DNA of 64,000 bases, from NCBI GenBank assembly GCA_963674595.2, contig CAXXFV010000004.1:357003-421002 (forward strand), given 5' to 3'. Position numbers and translations under genes: made by a program. Every line of letters starts with the position of its first letter. Positions within the stretch are counted from its first letter, which is position 1. The DNA comes from a bacterium (lineage in GTDB: Bacteria; Zhuqueibacterota; Zhuqueibacteria; Residuimicrobiales; Krinioviventaceae). Under the pieces are notes generated by a model. It ran no database searches, had not been told where the DNA came from, and saw only the letters and a program-made list of their open reading frames with translations. Positions 1 through 9,381 of the stretch are shown here, in pieces.

Positions 1-1634
1 CAAACCAGTGCCCAGTATTCGGCTTTTTCAATATAGCCGTATCTTTCAAACTTGGGCCGTTCTTTTGACAGTCCCATATGATATCTCATGTTTGCAAAAA
101 ACAAACGGACATCGCTAATATCCGGCATAAGGGCCGATAATTCACCGCGCCAGCTTTTGGCAAAAAACAGATAAAAAAGATGATAGATTCCTGCAATCAG
201 CATGGTAACGGCTGCGGTCCTGTGAAGGATTCCGCGAATTGTTTCGTTAAAGCCGACATAAGAGAGAATTTTTACCCATCCTGCTTCAGGAAATTTTAAT
301 GCAAAACCGGTAATGACCAGTATTGTAAATGTTACAAACATGGTGATATGCTGAATGACCCACGGTTTGTCAAAACGCTGGATTGTTTTTTGTGCCATTA
401 ATGAACGGTATTTGGCGCGTACATAGGCGAACCAGATAATTAAATTATGTATAACCATTCCACCGATAACAATGACGATAAGGTAGATATATATAATTTT
501 AATGAGTTCCGCTAATCTGTCCTCAGTAGAAGTCGGGCTGGTATGGATATAACTTCGTGCAAATGCTTCGGTGACATTAATATGACATTCACCGCATGTT
601 TTTTGCAGATTAGCCGGATGAATAGTAGAGTTTGGATCATCTTCTCCAAAAATATTATGGATCCCATGACAGCTTGTACAATTTGCTGCTATTTTGGAAC
701 CTCCTGAAGAGGCAAGTCCATGATAACTGTTTACATAGGAGGAAACAGGGTCAGGTAATAATCCATACTTTTCATTCAGTTTCGGCAGTCCATGACAGGG
801 TGCACATGTTTTTTCTGCAATATTTAAAGCATATGTTGGAGATTTTGGATCTCCCGGTGAAAGTATTTCATGCTCACCATGACAGTTGGTACATGTTGGA
901 GCTTCAAAAGCACCTTCTTTTAAGGAAATTCCATGAATGCTTTTGGAATATACTTCGGTGACATCACTATGACATTGCCCGCACGTAGTTGAAATGTTTG
1001 TAATGTAAATTGGAGAGCGGGGATCTGATTTTGGTAACAAACGATGGCTGTCATGGCAACTGTTACAACTGGCAGCCGTTTCATTACCTTCATTTAAAGC
1101 ATGGCCATGGACACCTTTTTCAAATTTTTCAAACGGTTTTGCTATCTTTGGTGATGAACCTGAACCTTCGGCAACGCCACCATCCTGGTGACATGCACCG
1201 CATGTTGCCGGTAGATTAATCGGATAGGTTTTGGATTCAGGATCACCGGAGCCTTTTATATTATGTGTTCCATGACAGGATGAACAGGTCGGGGCGAATT
1301 CGTTCCCTTGAGCTAAGAATTGTCCATGTATTCCTTCAGCATAAGCTGCTTCTGCATCATCATGGCAATTGCTGCATTGAACCTTTTCCAGGGTTTCCGG
1401 ATGCGGGTCTCCCTCTGCATCTGTATGACAGTCGTTACATGAAAAATCACCATGAACAGAATTTTTAAACAATTCTTCATCTACATAAATAGATATCTCT
1501 TTGCCGGATTCTGTTACTTTGGTTAAATCTTTTTCAGCATGGCACTCGAAACAACTTGACTGGCATAGTGCTTTATTAATAAAAATTGAGAAAATGAAAA
1601 TGCCTGCCAATAAATAAATAATTTTTGCTCTCAT
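1..1634 (-). CDS. Multiheme cytochrome c (11 CxxCH) fused to a cytochrome b/b6 (FdnI-like) membrane domain, CbcL-like; 3' end runs off the window
   Basis: Not in the ORF track. Manual translation from ATG at 1634: MRAKIIYLLAGIFIFSIF signal peptide, then CFECH, CNDCH, CSNCH, CSSCH, CGACH, CNSCH, CGQCH, CTNCH, CAPCH, CTSCH, CGECH, a TM helix, then QRFDKPWVIQH..LVITGFALKFP..LHRTAA..YH..RYGYIEKAEYWALV, typical of cytochrome b/b6 domains. Confidence 0.9.
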   Translation of the reverse strand, partial: MRAKIIYLLAGIFIFSIFINKALCQSSCFECHAEKDLTKVTESGKEISIYVDEELFKNSVHGDFSCNDCHTDAEGDPHPETLEKVQCSNCHDDAEAAYAEGIHGQFLAQGNEFAPTCSSCHGTHNIKGSGDPESKTYPINLPATCGACHQDGGVAEGSGSSPKIAKPFEKFEKGVHGHALNEGNETAASCNSCHDSHRLLPKSDPRSPIYITNISTTCGQCHSDVTEVYSKSIHGISLKEGAFEAPTCTNCHGEHEILSPGDPKSPTYALNIAEKTCAPCHGLPKLNEKYGLLPDPVSSYVNSYHGLASSGGSKIAANCTSCHGIHNIFGEDDPNSTIHPANLQKTCGECHINVTEAFARSYIHTSPTSTEDRLAELIKIIYIYLIVIVIGGMVIHNLIIWFAYVRAKYRSLMAQKTIQRFDKPWVIQHITMFVTFTILVITGFALKFPEAGWVKILSYVGFNETIRGILHRTAAVTMLIAGIYHLFYLFFAKSWRGELSALMPDISDVRLFFANMRYHMGLSKERPKFERYGYIEKAEYWALV

Positions 1635-1758
1635 TGTTTATCAGCTCTCATATTTTAACAATAAAATTCAAATTTTTGATTTGTCTGATGTACCAGCATT
1701 GAACGATTAACATTTCAATTTTTATAGGTTGTTTCTCCCCGTATAGTTTGTTAAAATG

Positions 1759-1784
1759 CGTCCGGATAATTTAATATCCGGACG
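1759..1784 (-). terminator. Hairpin just downstream of the tetraheme cytochrome gene (terminator or stabilising stem)
   Basis: Perfect 10-bp inverted repeat cgtccggata/tatccggacg, 6 nt after the stop at 1791, with a short T-run following on the minus strand. Confidence 0.6.
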
Positions 1785-1790
1785 TAAATT

Positions 1791-2345
1791 TTATTTGGCT
1801 GCGGGAACCGGATGAGCAATTTGTGCAAAAAATTCCTCATAATTAAAAGCTTTATATGTGGGGCTTTCAGAGTTATGACACGTTAGGCAGGTTTCCTTAC
1901 TTCCACGTGTGTAGGAAACAGCTTTGGCGTCTTGCTTTCCTGCTGCCAGGTCTTTCATAACTTTCATTGATTTGTATAATGAACCCGGGCCGTGACAAGC
2001 TTCACAACCAACGCCTTCATCCTGTTTAAAGGTGGCAGCTTTATCGGATGCCGGAGCATCAAAAGCAGTTACATGACATTTTAAACATTTGGCGGATTCT
2101 TGTGGATTTCCGGTTACTCCTGCTTTTGTTGCAACTGTTTTTGCTTCTTCTGTGGCTAATGTTGCAAAAGCTTTTGCATGCGGGCCGTTTTCCCATTTTT
2201 TATACTGCTCACCACTTTTTACACTTTTATGGCACATTTTACATTTTGCTGCACCAACATATTGTGCTTTTTTCCCTTGAGCAAATAATGAGAAGGCGAA
2301 AATCAAAATAAACAGAACAGGTAATAAATGTAATTCTTTTTTCAT
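1791..2345 (-). CDS. Periplasmic tetraheme cytochrome c (c554/c-552-like family)
   Basis: Signal peptide; YVGAAKCKMCH, CLKCH, GVGCEACHGPGS, CLTCH; SD GGAG upstream. Confidence 0.88.
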   Translation of the reverse strand: MKKELHLLPVLFILIFAFSLFAQGKKAQYVGAAKCKMCHKSVKSGEQYKKWENGPHAKAFATLATEEAKTVATKAGVTGNPQESAKCLKCHVTAFDAPASDKAATFKQDEGVGCEACHGPGSLYKSMKVMKDLAAGKQDAKAVSYTRGSKETCLTCHNSESPTYKAFNYEEFFAQIAHPVPAAK

Positions 2346-2473
2346 AACTCCTCCAAGTCATTGAAGCATGTTATAACGTCTGATAATATATGTAATTAAT
2401 CAATAGTATTTGAAAATAGCAATAGAATATTTACCTTACTGTTTAGAAATTCGACATTTTACTACAAGTGATG

Positions 2474-2482
2474 TGTTATAAT
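2474..2482 (+). promoter_or_regulatory. Extended -10 promoter element for capB
   Basis: TGtTATAAT, 15 nt upstream of ATG 2498. Confidence 0.45.
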
Positions 2483-2497
2483 TGAAAGAATTGAGTA

Positions 2498-3637
2498 ATG
2501 ATTTTTTTTGTGTTATTCTCCATTGTTATCATTATTGGTGTTTTTGAACGGTTTGTATTAAATATATACCAAAAAAGAATTCCTTACAGGATTTTGGTGA
2601 ACGGTACACGTGGTAAATCTTCAATAACACGATTGATTACCGCTGCTTTACAACAAAATGGATTCAAAGTTCTTGCAAAAACAAGCGGCACTGATACAAT
2701 GCTTATTTTGCCGGATGGAACAGAAAATAAAGTCAGAAGAACAGGTATTGCCACCGTTGCTGAACAAATGACAGTGATAAAATATGCTACCCGGCAAAAG
2801 GTTCAGGTTCTGGTTATCGAATGCATGTCATTGCGTCCTTCACTGCAGCAAATAGAATCACAGGTAATTATTAAACCACATATTACTGTTATTTCCAATG
2901 TCCGGCCGGACCATCTTGATGTGTCCGGTTCTACTCTGCAGGAAATTGCTTCCACGTTTTCTCAAACAATACCCAGGCATGGGATTGTTATTACAGCCGA
3001 ACAGACCTTTGATTATATTCTACAAAATATTGCCGACTTGCGCAACTCACAATTGAAAAAAATTACATCCAGCCAAAATATTGATACAACAGGATTTTCT
3101 TATTTTGAGCATGAAGATAATATTGAAATTGCCATAGCGGTATGTGAGCAATTAGGTTTGAATCGAAACCTGGTGTTGCCGAGTTTTAAAAATGTGATCC
3201 CGGATAGAGGCGTATTAAGGCGCTTTACGGCCTATGTAGAAGAAAAAAAAATTAATTTTGTAAACGCCTTTGCAGCGAATGATATTGTTTCCACAAAAAT
3301 AATTTTTGAAAAATTGAATATTACATGTAACTATATTCTTGTTGTTAATTTGCGAAAAGAGAGGCCGCATCGGACCTTAGATATGCTGGAATTATTACCC
3401 GGTTTGTCTGATGCCGTTTTTTTTGTTTTTATCGGAGATTATGTTTCTGTTTCAAATTACCTGAAAAATTCAGGCATTGATCAAAATAAAGTACTTTATA
3501 TGTTCCAAAAAGAAAAAGAGGAAATTATTCGCCTGTTAGGAAAAATTGCTCAAGATGAAACCACCCTGGTGGGAATCGGTAATATAAAAGGTATAGGGGG
3601 AGAACTTGTTGACTGGTTTCAAAAACAGTCCCTGTAG
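2498..3637 (+). CDS. capB: Poly-gamma-glutamate synthase CapB/PgsB (Mur-ligase fold)
   Basis: N-terminal TM; RILVNGTRGKSSITRLI, AKTSGT, EQ, IECMSLRP, ISNVRPDHLD, NAFAAND and GIGNIKGIG motifs of PgsB. Confidence 0.88.
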   Translation: MIFFVLFSIVIIIGVFERFVLNIYQKRIPYRILVNGTRGKSSITRLITAALQQNGFKVLAKTSGTDTMLILPDGTENKVRRTGIATVAEQMTVIKYATRQKVQVLVIECMSLRPSLQQIESQVIIKPHITVISNVRPDHLDVSGSTLQEIASTFSQTIPRHGIVITAEQTFDYILQNIADLRNSQLKKITSSQNIDTTGFSYFEHEDNIEIAIAVCEQLGLNRNLVLPSFKNVIPDRGVLRRFTAYVEEKKINFVNAFAANDIVSTKIIFEKLNITCNYILVVNLRKERPHRTLDMLELLPGLSDAVFFVFIGDYVSVSNYLKNSGIDQNKVLYMFQKEKEEIIRLLGKIAQDETTLVGIGNIKGIGGELVDWFQKQSL

Positions 3638-3643
3638 AGTGCA

Positions 3644-6600
3644 TTACCACTCATATTTAAAAATGATATCAAAACCGCTGTCCTTTGATGACCCTTCCAG
3701 CAATTGTAAAAATAAAAATTTGTTCACCTGATATTCAAGAGTCACATTTTCCGGGACAAAATCGTCGTCTACATTTTCACCAAAGCCTTTTTGGTAGCTT
3801 AGAAACAAATCGTTTGTTAAATATTTTCCAACATAAAAGGCAGCATTTTGCCAGCTATCCTGCCCCTTTATTTCGATAAAATCAAGATTAAACTTTTTTC
3901 CCAATGTTTTGGAAAGTTGAGCGGACAGCAAATTTGTAAAAATACCTCCGGCAATACCACCTGTACCGGTACTGGATGCTAAAGTCTTTTTTTGTCCGGT
4001 TGAAATTTGATGAATGCTTTGACCGAACATAATGTAGGATAATGCATCTCCTTCGGTAATGGTTTGTTCATCCAGTTTAAAACTTAACGCCGGAGATTTA
4101 GCCGCTCCCTGAACAGTGATATATAATGTATGCTTTTCTTTCATCCCGTCCCGGAATACATAACTCGTATTTATTTCAACATTGGGATTGCTGAAATCAC
4201 CTCCCTGGAATGTAATGGTACCATCAATAACCGAAAACCGCCTGCCGTAAAGTTCATAAAATCCCCTAACTATTTTTAATTGGCCAAATAGTTCCGTCTT
4301 TTTTCGGTTTTTTACAAGATCAAGATCACCTGAAATTTCAAAACGCATATCCGGACTTTTTATCCATGTGTTTCTGGGAATTTTAACTTTATACTTTCCT
4401 GACATATTTTCCCAGATATTGGGTGAATCAGATTTTTGTGGTTTTTGTAGTTCCGCAATTCGTTCACGCTTAAAAACGGAATCTGTTTTAAATGCCTTTT
4501 GGGCCTGAACTAAAAGCGGTCTGTTTTGCGGCATCGGTGTTTGAGACTGATCAAGTGCCGGTAAATAAAAGCTGGAACGTTGAACCGTCATACCACCATT
4601 AAAAAGGAGTGAATCCGGTGTTCCATTAAAAGTCGATTGGCCGGTAACCTGTAATTCATAGTTATTGTTTTTTACCAGATAAAAATCTTTTAACGACAGA
4701 TCCAGGTCCGACGATTGAATAAATCCTGTTACAGCGTTTGGATTATATTTGACATATCCGGATGCCTTGATAATTCCTTTATCTCTAAATGCATTAAACT
4801 CTTTAATTTGAATTTTATCCTGTTCAGCACTCAATAAAAGATTTATATCTTTATAATCTATACCCCATTTCGGCAACTGAACATGACCCTTTGTCAAGTT
4901 AACATAACCATCCAATATGGGTTTTTCCAACGTATTTTTTACCTGAAGATCACTTATCAGGCTGCCTTCCAGTTGTCCGATATTTTGATTTTTATATAGA
5001 TTTTCGAGTGATATCGGGCTGGTTTTTAATTTCAGGTCAAGTGGTTTATCTTTTACGAAAACCGGCCCGGGATTGGTAAAGGAAAATAAAACAGGCACTG
5101 TCCCCTTGAATTGAAGGGTGTCCTTTTTGCTCGTAGCCATATTCAGCAAACAGGACAGAGAATTATCATAAAAATTAAAATCGGTATTTATAAAATTCAT
5201 TTTTATATAGTTTTTGTATTTAATATCCCTGGCCTGAATTTTTCCTTTAATTTCCGGAGCAATTGCCGTCCCCTGAACCTTTATTTCCGCATCAATAAAA
5301 CCCTGTGGAATAAAGACCGAATTTTCAAAATAAACATTTGACAGATTGATATTCAGATTCTCGTCGCCCTTTGTGCTGAAAAATCCGTCAATCGCTAATT
5401 TACCGGACACGTTGTTTTTAATTTTTGATAAATTGAAATGACGAATCGTATAATTTGTATCAGATATGGTAATATAGGTGGAATCACTTCCTCCTGACCA
5501 TTGATTTTGAAAAAATGTAATTTCAAAACTGGGAATGTGAAAAGTCAAAAGGCCGTCCATTTTCGTATCTATTTCCGTTGATAAAGAAAGAGAATCGGAT
5601 ATTTGAACAGCCAGTTTTGAATTTATGTTTCCATCCTCAACCAAAGATTTTAAACCGAGTTTATCTATATTAAATGTCCCGCTGGAAAATTTAATACAAT
5701 CGAGTTCTGCGGAACCGGCAAAATCATTCGTTGTTTTTAACATTTTTAAATTACCTTTTAAAGAATCTGCTTTGCCAAAGTTGGAATGAATGTCGGTGAT
5801 CAGCATGGAAAGGTCATTGTATAAAGAGTCCGGAGGGCCGGTGATTTTACCGGTTATTTGTCCTGATGCGCTTAATGAATCCGTTATTGCAGGTAATGAT
5901 GTCAGGTCTTTAAATAAAATATCATAATTAAAATTTAAACTGTTTTCCGTATAATCACCGTTTGCGTTTAAATCGGCGATATTTGTTACAATGAAAAGTG
6001 AATCCAGAGAAATGTCTGTTGATTGTAAATGAGCCGAACCTGACAGAGTATCTATTTTTATCTGATGAAACTGAGACCCGGAGCCATTACATAGAATATT
6101 TATATCAGGATTTTTAAATTTCGGAAAATTTCCGAAAGCTGAAATGTTAATATTTAAATCTGATAAAAGAGAATCTTTATTCAACGGGATGGCTGTGTTA
6201 CCGTTTTCTAGTGAACCATAAAATTGAAAAACATTTTCTGAAAGCAGTTTTTTAACATTTAGCTGCGTATAGAGTTTTGCAAACGGTGAATAAAATTTTA
6301 AATTATTTTCCAGTTTATTCCCAACAATAAGACCATTCATGTTCAAAGAATCAATTTTATAGTGATTGTAAAAGCAGTCGGTAAAATTTGCATTATATTG
6401 TGTATTTAAATTTTTTAAATCTAAACCGCTGCCGTCTATAGTCAGATGACCGTTTAATTTTGTTTTTTGATGAGAGTCTAAAAACCATTGATGAAGCAGC
6501 ATGTTTTCAAAATTTACCTGAATATTATAAAACAGGGACGGCCATTCTTTATTTAAAATTTGGGCAAAGGGAAAAATTTTACCTGTAATAAATAATTTTT

Positions 6601-7477
6601 GGTCCTCATCTGTTAATTGGATGGAGAGATAAACAGAGTCATTTTTGGTTTTTGTATTTAAATGAATTTTGGGATGGTTTTTTATATAAATATCCGGCAG
6701 GACAAACTGAAATTCTTCCATAGAAACGGGCCGGGTATCCAGTTCAGCTGAAATTTGTAACGAGTCTTTTTCAGAAAAACCGGCATTTATTGAAATTTGA
6801 TTTTGCGCTGTTTGAATTGAAAAATCACTCAATTTGATAATGTCATTACTTTCTTCGAGTGAGAACAGACATTGTTTAATTGAGAAATCCGGGTTTTGCG
6901 TTTTTAATGAAAGGTTTAAAAGGTTTATCTTTTTTAACTGATTTGAATATAAAGCGGACATTGACAAATCCAGATCTGATATCTGGAACGGATGTTGTTG
7001 TTGATGTAATAACATGGATAGGTATGCGTTCAGGATGTTCAGAGAATGTACATCTATTGTAAATGGAAAATCGGTTGGCTTTTTCTCCGGCTGTTTTTCG
7101 TCCTGCTGAGGTGGGTTTTTGATAACGTTTTGCTTTTGATAATTAATTTTTGGTGAACGGATGGAAATGTTTTCAATATAAATTTTTTTATGTAATAATG
7201 ATACCGGGCGCCATTTTATGGATAATTGGGGGACAGTTAACAGTGTGTCGGTTTCATCATTGAATTGAATATTTGAAAAGTTAATAGTATGAAAAAGATT
7301 GCCATCCAGTTTTTCTATTGAACAATCCAGGCCTGTTAAATTGTTCAACTGATCTGTTACCAGTGATTTGATTTTGTTCTTGAAAAATTTTGTTTGGCTG
7401 ACGCCCAAAAAAATAACACATAACAATAGACATGCTGCTATAATATAAAGCAAAGATTTTAGGATAAATTGTTTCAT
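3644..7477 (-). CDS. tamB: Translocation/assembly module TamB (AsmA-like, C-terminal DUF490)
   Basis: 1277 aa; N-terminal TM; beta-rich body; C-terminal G.YELYGRRF..GTITFQG..DALSYIMFG..VGKYLTNDLFLSY..LEYQV; directly downstream of an Omp85 gene. Confidence 0.85.
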   Translation of the reverse strand: MKQFILKSLLYIIAACLLLCVIFLGVSQTKFFKNKIKSLVTDQLNNLTGLDCSIEKLDGNLFHTINFSNIQFNDETDTLLTVPQLSIKWRPVSLLHKKIYIENISIRSPKINYQKQNVIKNPPQQDEKQPEKKPTDFPFTIDVHSLNILNAYLSMLLHQQQHPFQISDLDLSMSALYSNQLKKINLLNLSLKTQNPDFSIKQCLFSLEESNDIIKLSDFSIQTAQNQISINAGFSEKDSLQISAELDTRPVSMEEFQFVLPDIYIKNHPKIHLNTKTKNDSVYLSIQLTDEDQKLFITGKIFPFAQILNKEWPSLFYNIQVNFENMLLHQWFLDSHQKTKLNGHLTIDGSGLDLKNLNTQYNANFTDCFYNHYKIDSLNMNGLIVGNKLENNLKFYSPFAKLYTQLNVKKLLSENVFQFYGSLENGNTAIPLNKDSLLSDLNINISAFGNFPKFKNPDINILCNGSGSQFHQIKIDTLSGSAHLQSTDISLDSLFIVTNIADLNANGDYTENSLNFNYDILFKDLTSLPAITDSLSASGQITGKITGPPDSLYNDLSMLITDIHSNFGKADSLKGNLKMLKTTNDFAGSAELDCIKFSSGTFNIDKLGLKSLVEDGNINSKLAVQISDSLSLSTEIDTKMDGLLTFHIPSFEITFFQNQWSGGSDSTYITISDTNYTIRHFNLSKIKNNVSGKLAIDGFFSTKGDENLNINLSNVYFENSVFIPQGFIDAEIKVQGTAIAPEIKGKIQARDIKYKNYIKMNFINTDFNFYDNSLSCLLNMATSKKDTLQFKGTVPVLFSFTNPGPVFVKDKPLDLKLKTSPISLENLYKNQNIGQLEGSLISDLQVKNTLEKPILDGYVNLTKGHVQLPKWGIDYKDINLLLSAEQDKIQIKEFNAFRDKGIIKASGYVKYNPNAVTGFIQSSDLDLSLKDFYLVKNNNYELQVTGQSTFNGTPDSLLFNGGMTVQRSSFYLPALDQSQTPMPQNRPLLVQAQKAFKTDSVFKRERIAELQKPQKSDSPNIWENMSGKYKVKIPRNTWIKSPDMRFEISGDLDLVKNRKKTELFGQLKIVRGFYELYGRRFSVIDGTITFQGGDFSNPNVEINTSYVFRDGMKEKHTLYITVQGAAKSPALSFKLDEQTITEGDALSYIMFGQSIHQISTGQKKTLASSTGTGGIAGGIFTNLLSAQLSKTLGKKFNLDFIEIKGQDSWQNAAFYVGKYLTNDLFLSYQKGFGENVDDDFVPENVTLEYQVNKFLFLQLLEGSSKDSGFDIIFKYEW

Positions 7478-7479
7478 TT

Positions 7480-9333
7480 TTAAAAAGCCTGCCCAACGCT
7501 GATGTGTATTTGTACATTGTTTTCGTTATCCCATACAGGACGGCCAAGGTCAATTCTTACCGGCCCTATGGGAGTTTTGTAACGAAGTCCGCCGCCGGCT
7601 GCATATCGTATTTCATTCACAGAGATGTGGGAAGCAGAATTCCATACATTTCCCATGTCATAAAAAACAACACCGGATAAAGGACCGATGATTGGAAAAC
7701 GCCATTCAATACTTTGTTCAAATAGTCCGTTTCCTCCTGTCGGAATGCCGTTTTTTTTCGGTCCAAGCTGGGCCCTTAACCATCCTCTTACGGAATAGGC
7801 GCCGCCGCTAAAAAACCGATCTTCATAAGGAATGAAATTATGAGCATCACGGGAGGTAACGGCCCCGGTTTTTATCCGCCAGGCAAAAACCGTTTGATAT
7901 GTTTTTATATACCTGCGATGTTCGAAAAGGATTTTTGTAAAATGAAATGTACTTTTTAATCCAAGTCCGCTGTATTTTAGGTTTAGCGCTGTATACGATC
8001 CGGTCTCTGGTGAAAAAAGGGGAAATGAATTATCGTAGGTCATGCTCCAGTTGATGGAGGATTTGTTATATAATTGGTTGTCCTGAATGAGTTGTGTTTC
8101 AGTTATCATATTATTTAACAACTGGTGTTTTACCCGTTCAAATGTGTAACCGATTGTTCCGTTCAGATGTTGTGAAAATTGTATTTGAACAGGAACGTCA
8201 ACACCAAATTCTTCAATAACATACCCCGGTTCTTTTTCTTTTTGTATAAATGGATTTATAACAAGATTTGTTTTATGATAAAGAAACATGGGTTGGTGCC
8301 ATGCAACATCTAAATGATAAGGTTCCAGATAAGAGTGTTTAAAATTTATTATCGCCCGCCGTGCGCTGTTAAAAAGCCCGATTCTTTGAAACCGGCAAAA
8401 AACCCGAAATCTGTCCTCACGACCATAACCGGCACCAAATTTTATGGATTTTTGGGGAGACTCTTTGACATAAACAGTAACCGGAATTTTTGTGTTTTGC
8501 TGCGGTTCCAGGTTCGCCTGCAAGCTGACAATTTGAAACAACCCGGTGGCATATAAATTTTCCTGGGTTTTCTCCATTAACTGTTGGTTATAAACATCAC
8601 CGGTTTTGAAGGGTATTAATTTATTAATAAATGAACTTTGAACTTTATTGTTTCCCTCCTGGACGATTTGTGAAAAAACGCACTTTAGGCCGGAAACAAT
8701 TTCCCAGGAAAGATTTAGTTCGTTGGTGTTTGTTATTTTTAAAGTGGAATTTATTTTTATATAGGGGTAGCCAATGTTTTGAAAATAATTTATAATAAAT
8801 TGTTTGTCGGCATGAAATAACCGATCTTTAAAAAGAGTATTTTTTTTCAAATTCAATTTGGGTTCAATGGCCGATAAAGCTTGCTGCCATGCAGAGTCCG
8901 GAATGGAATTTTCATGGTTAAAAACCAGCTCTTTAACAAAAACCGGTTCGTTTTCATCAATCTGAATGTGGATTTCTACTTTGTCTTTTTCAACTTTTTT
9001 AATTTCCCGGATTTTAACATTGGCATGTAAATATCCCTCTTTTTGATAAAAAATTAAAAGACGGTCAAGATCGTTTTCCAGGATTTCACGACTGAATAAA
9101 AACGGAGATTTTCGTTTAATGGTTTTTTGAAACCACGAACGCGTATACATTGAAACTTGACGCAATAGTTCCGGTTTTGTAAAATGATGATTTCCATAAA
9201 ATTCAATTTTTGTAACAACACTGTTTTCCTGTGCCTGAGAAAAAAATGGTAAACAAAAACACAGCACAGCACATATCGTTAGTTTTGCAAAAAAATTATG
9301 AAAATCCATAAATAATGGAATTCTTTTAATCAT
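7480..9333 (-). CDS. tamA: Omp85 family outer-membrane protein, TamA-like (POTRA domains plus beta-barrel)
   Basis: POTRA-like segments; RFFSGGAYSVRGW, GLRYKTPIGPVRIDLG, terminal SVGQAF; adjacent to tamB. Confidence 0.85.
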   Translation of the reverse strand: MIKRIPLFMDFHNFFAKLTICAVLCFCLPFFSQAQENSVVTKIEFYGNHHFTKPELLRQVSMYTRSWFQKTIKRKSPFLFSREILENDLDRLLIFYQKEGYLHANVKIREIKKVEKDKVEIHIQIDENEPVFVKELVFNHENSIPDSAWQQALSAIEPKLNLKKNTLFKDRLFHADKQFIINYFQNIGYPYIKINSTLKITNTNELNLSWEIVSGLKCVFSQIVQEGNNKVQSSFINKLIPFKTGDVYNQQLMEKTQENLYATGLFQIVSLQANLEPQQNTKIPVTVYVKESPQKSIKFGAGYGREDRFRVFCRFQRIGLFNSARRAIINFKHSYLEPYHLDVAWHQPMFLYHKTNLVINPFIQKEKEPGYVIEEFGVDVPVQIQFSQHLNGTIGYTFERVKHQLLNNMITETQLIQDNQLYNKSSINWSMTYDNSFPLFSPETGSYTALNLKYSGLGLKSTFHFTKILFEHRRYIKTYQTVFAWRIKTGAVTSRDAHNFIPYEDRFFSGGAYSVRGWLRAQLGPKKNGIPTGGNGLFEQSIEWRFPIIGPLSGVVFYDMGNVWNSASHISVNEIRYAAGGGLRYKTPIGPVRIDLGRPVWDNENNVQIHISVGQAF

Positions 9334-9381
9334 TGCAGTTTGGGCAATTGTGCTTATTAGAATTTTTTAAAAGAGTGATTT

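Noticed and set aside
632-1468. Plus-strand ORFs 632-961, 1010-1219 and 1265-1468
   Set aside because: Antisense shadows of the minus-strand multiheme cytochrome gene; no motifs of their own
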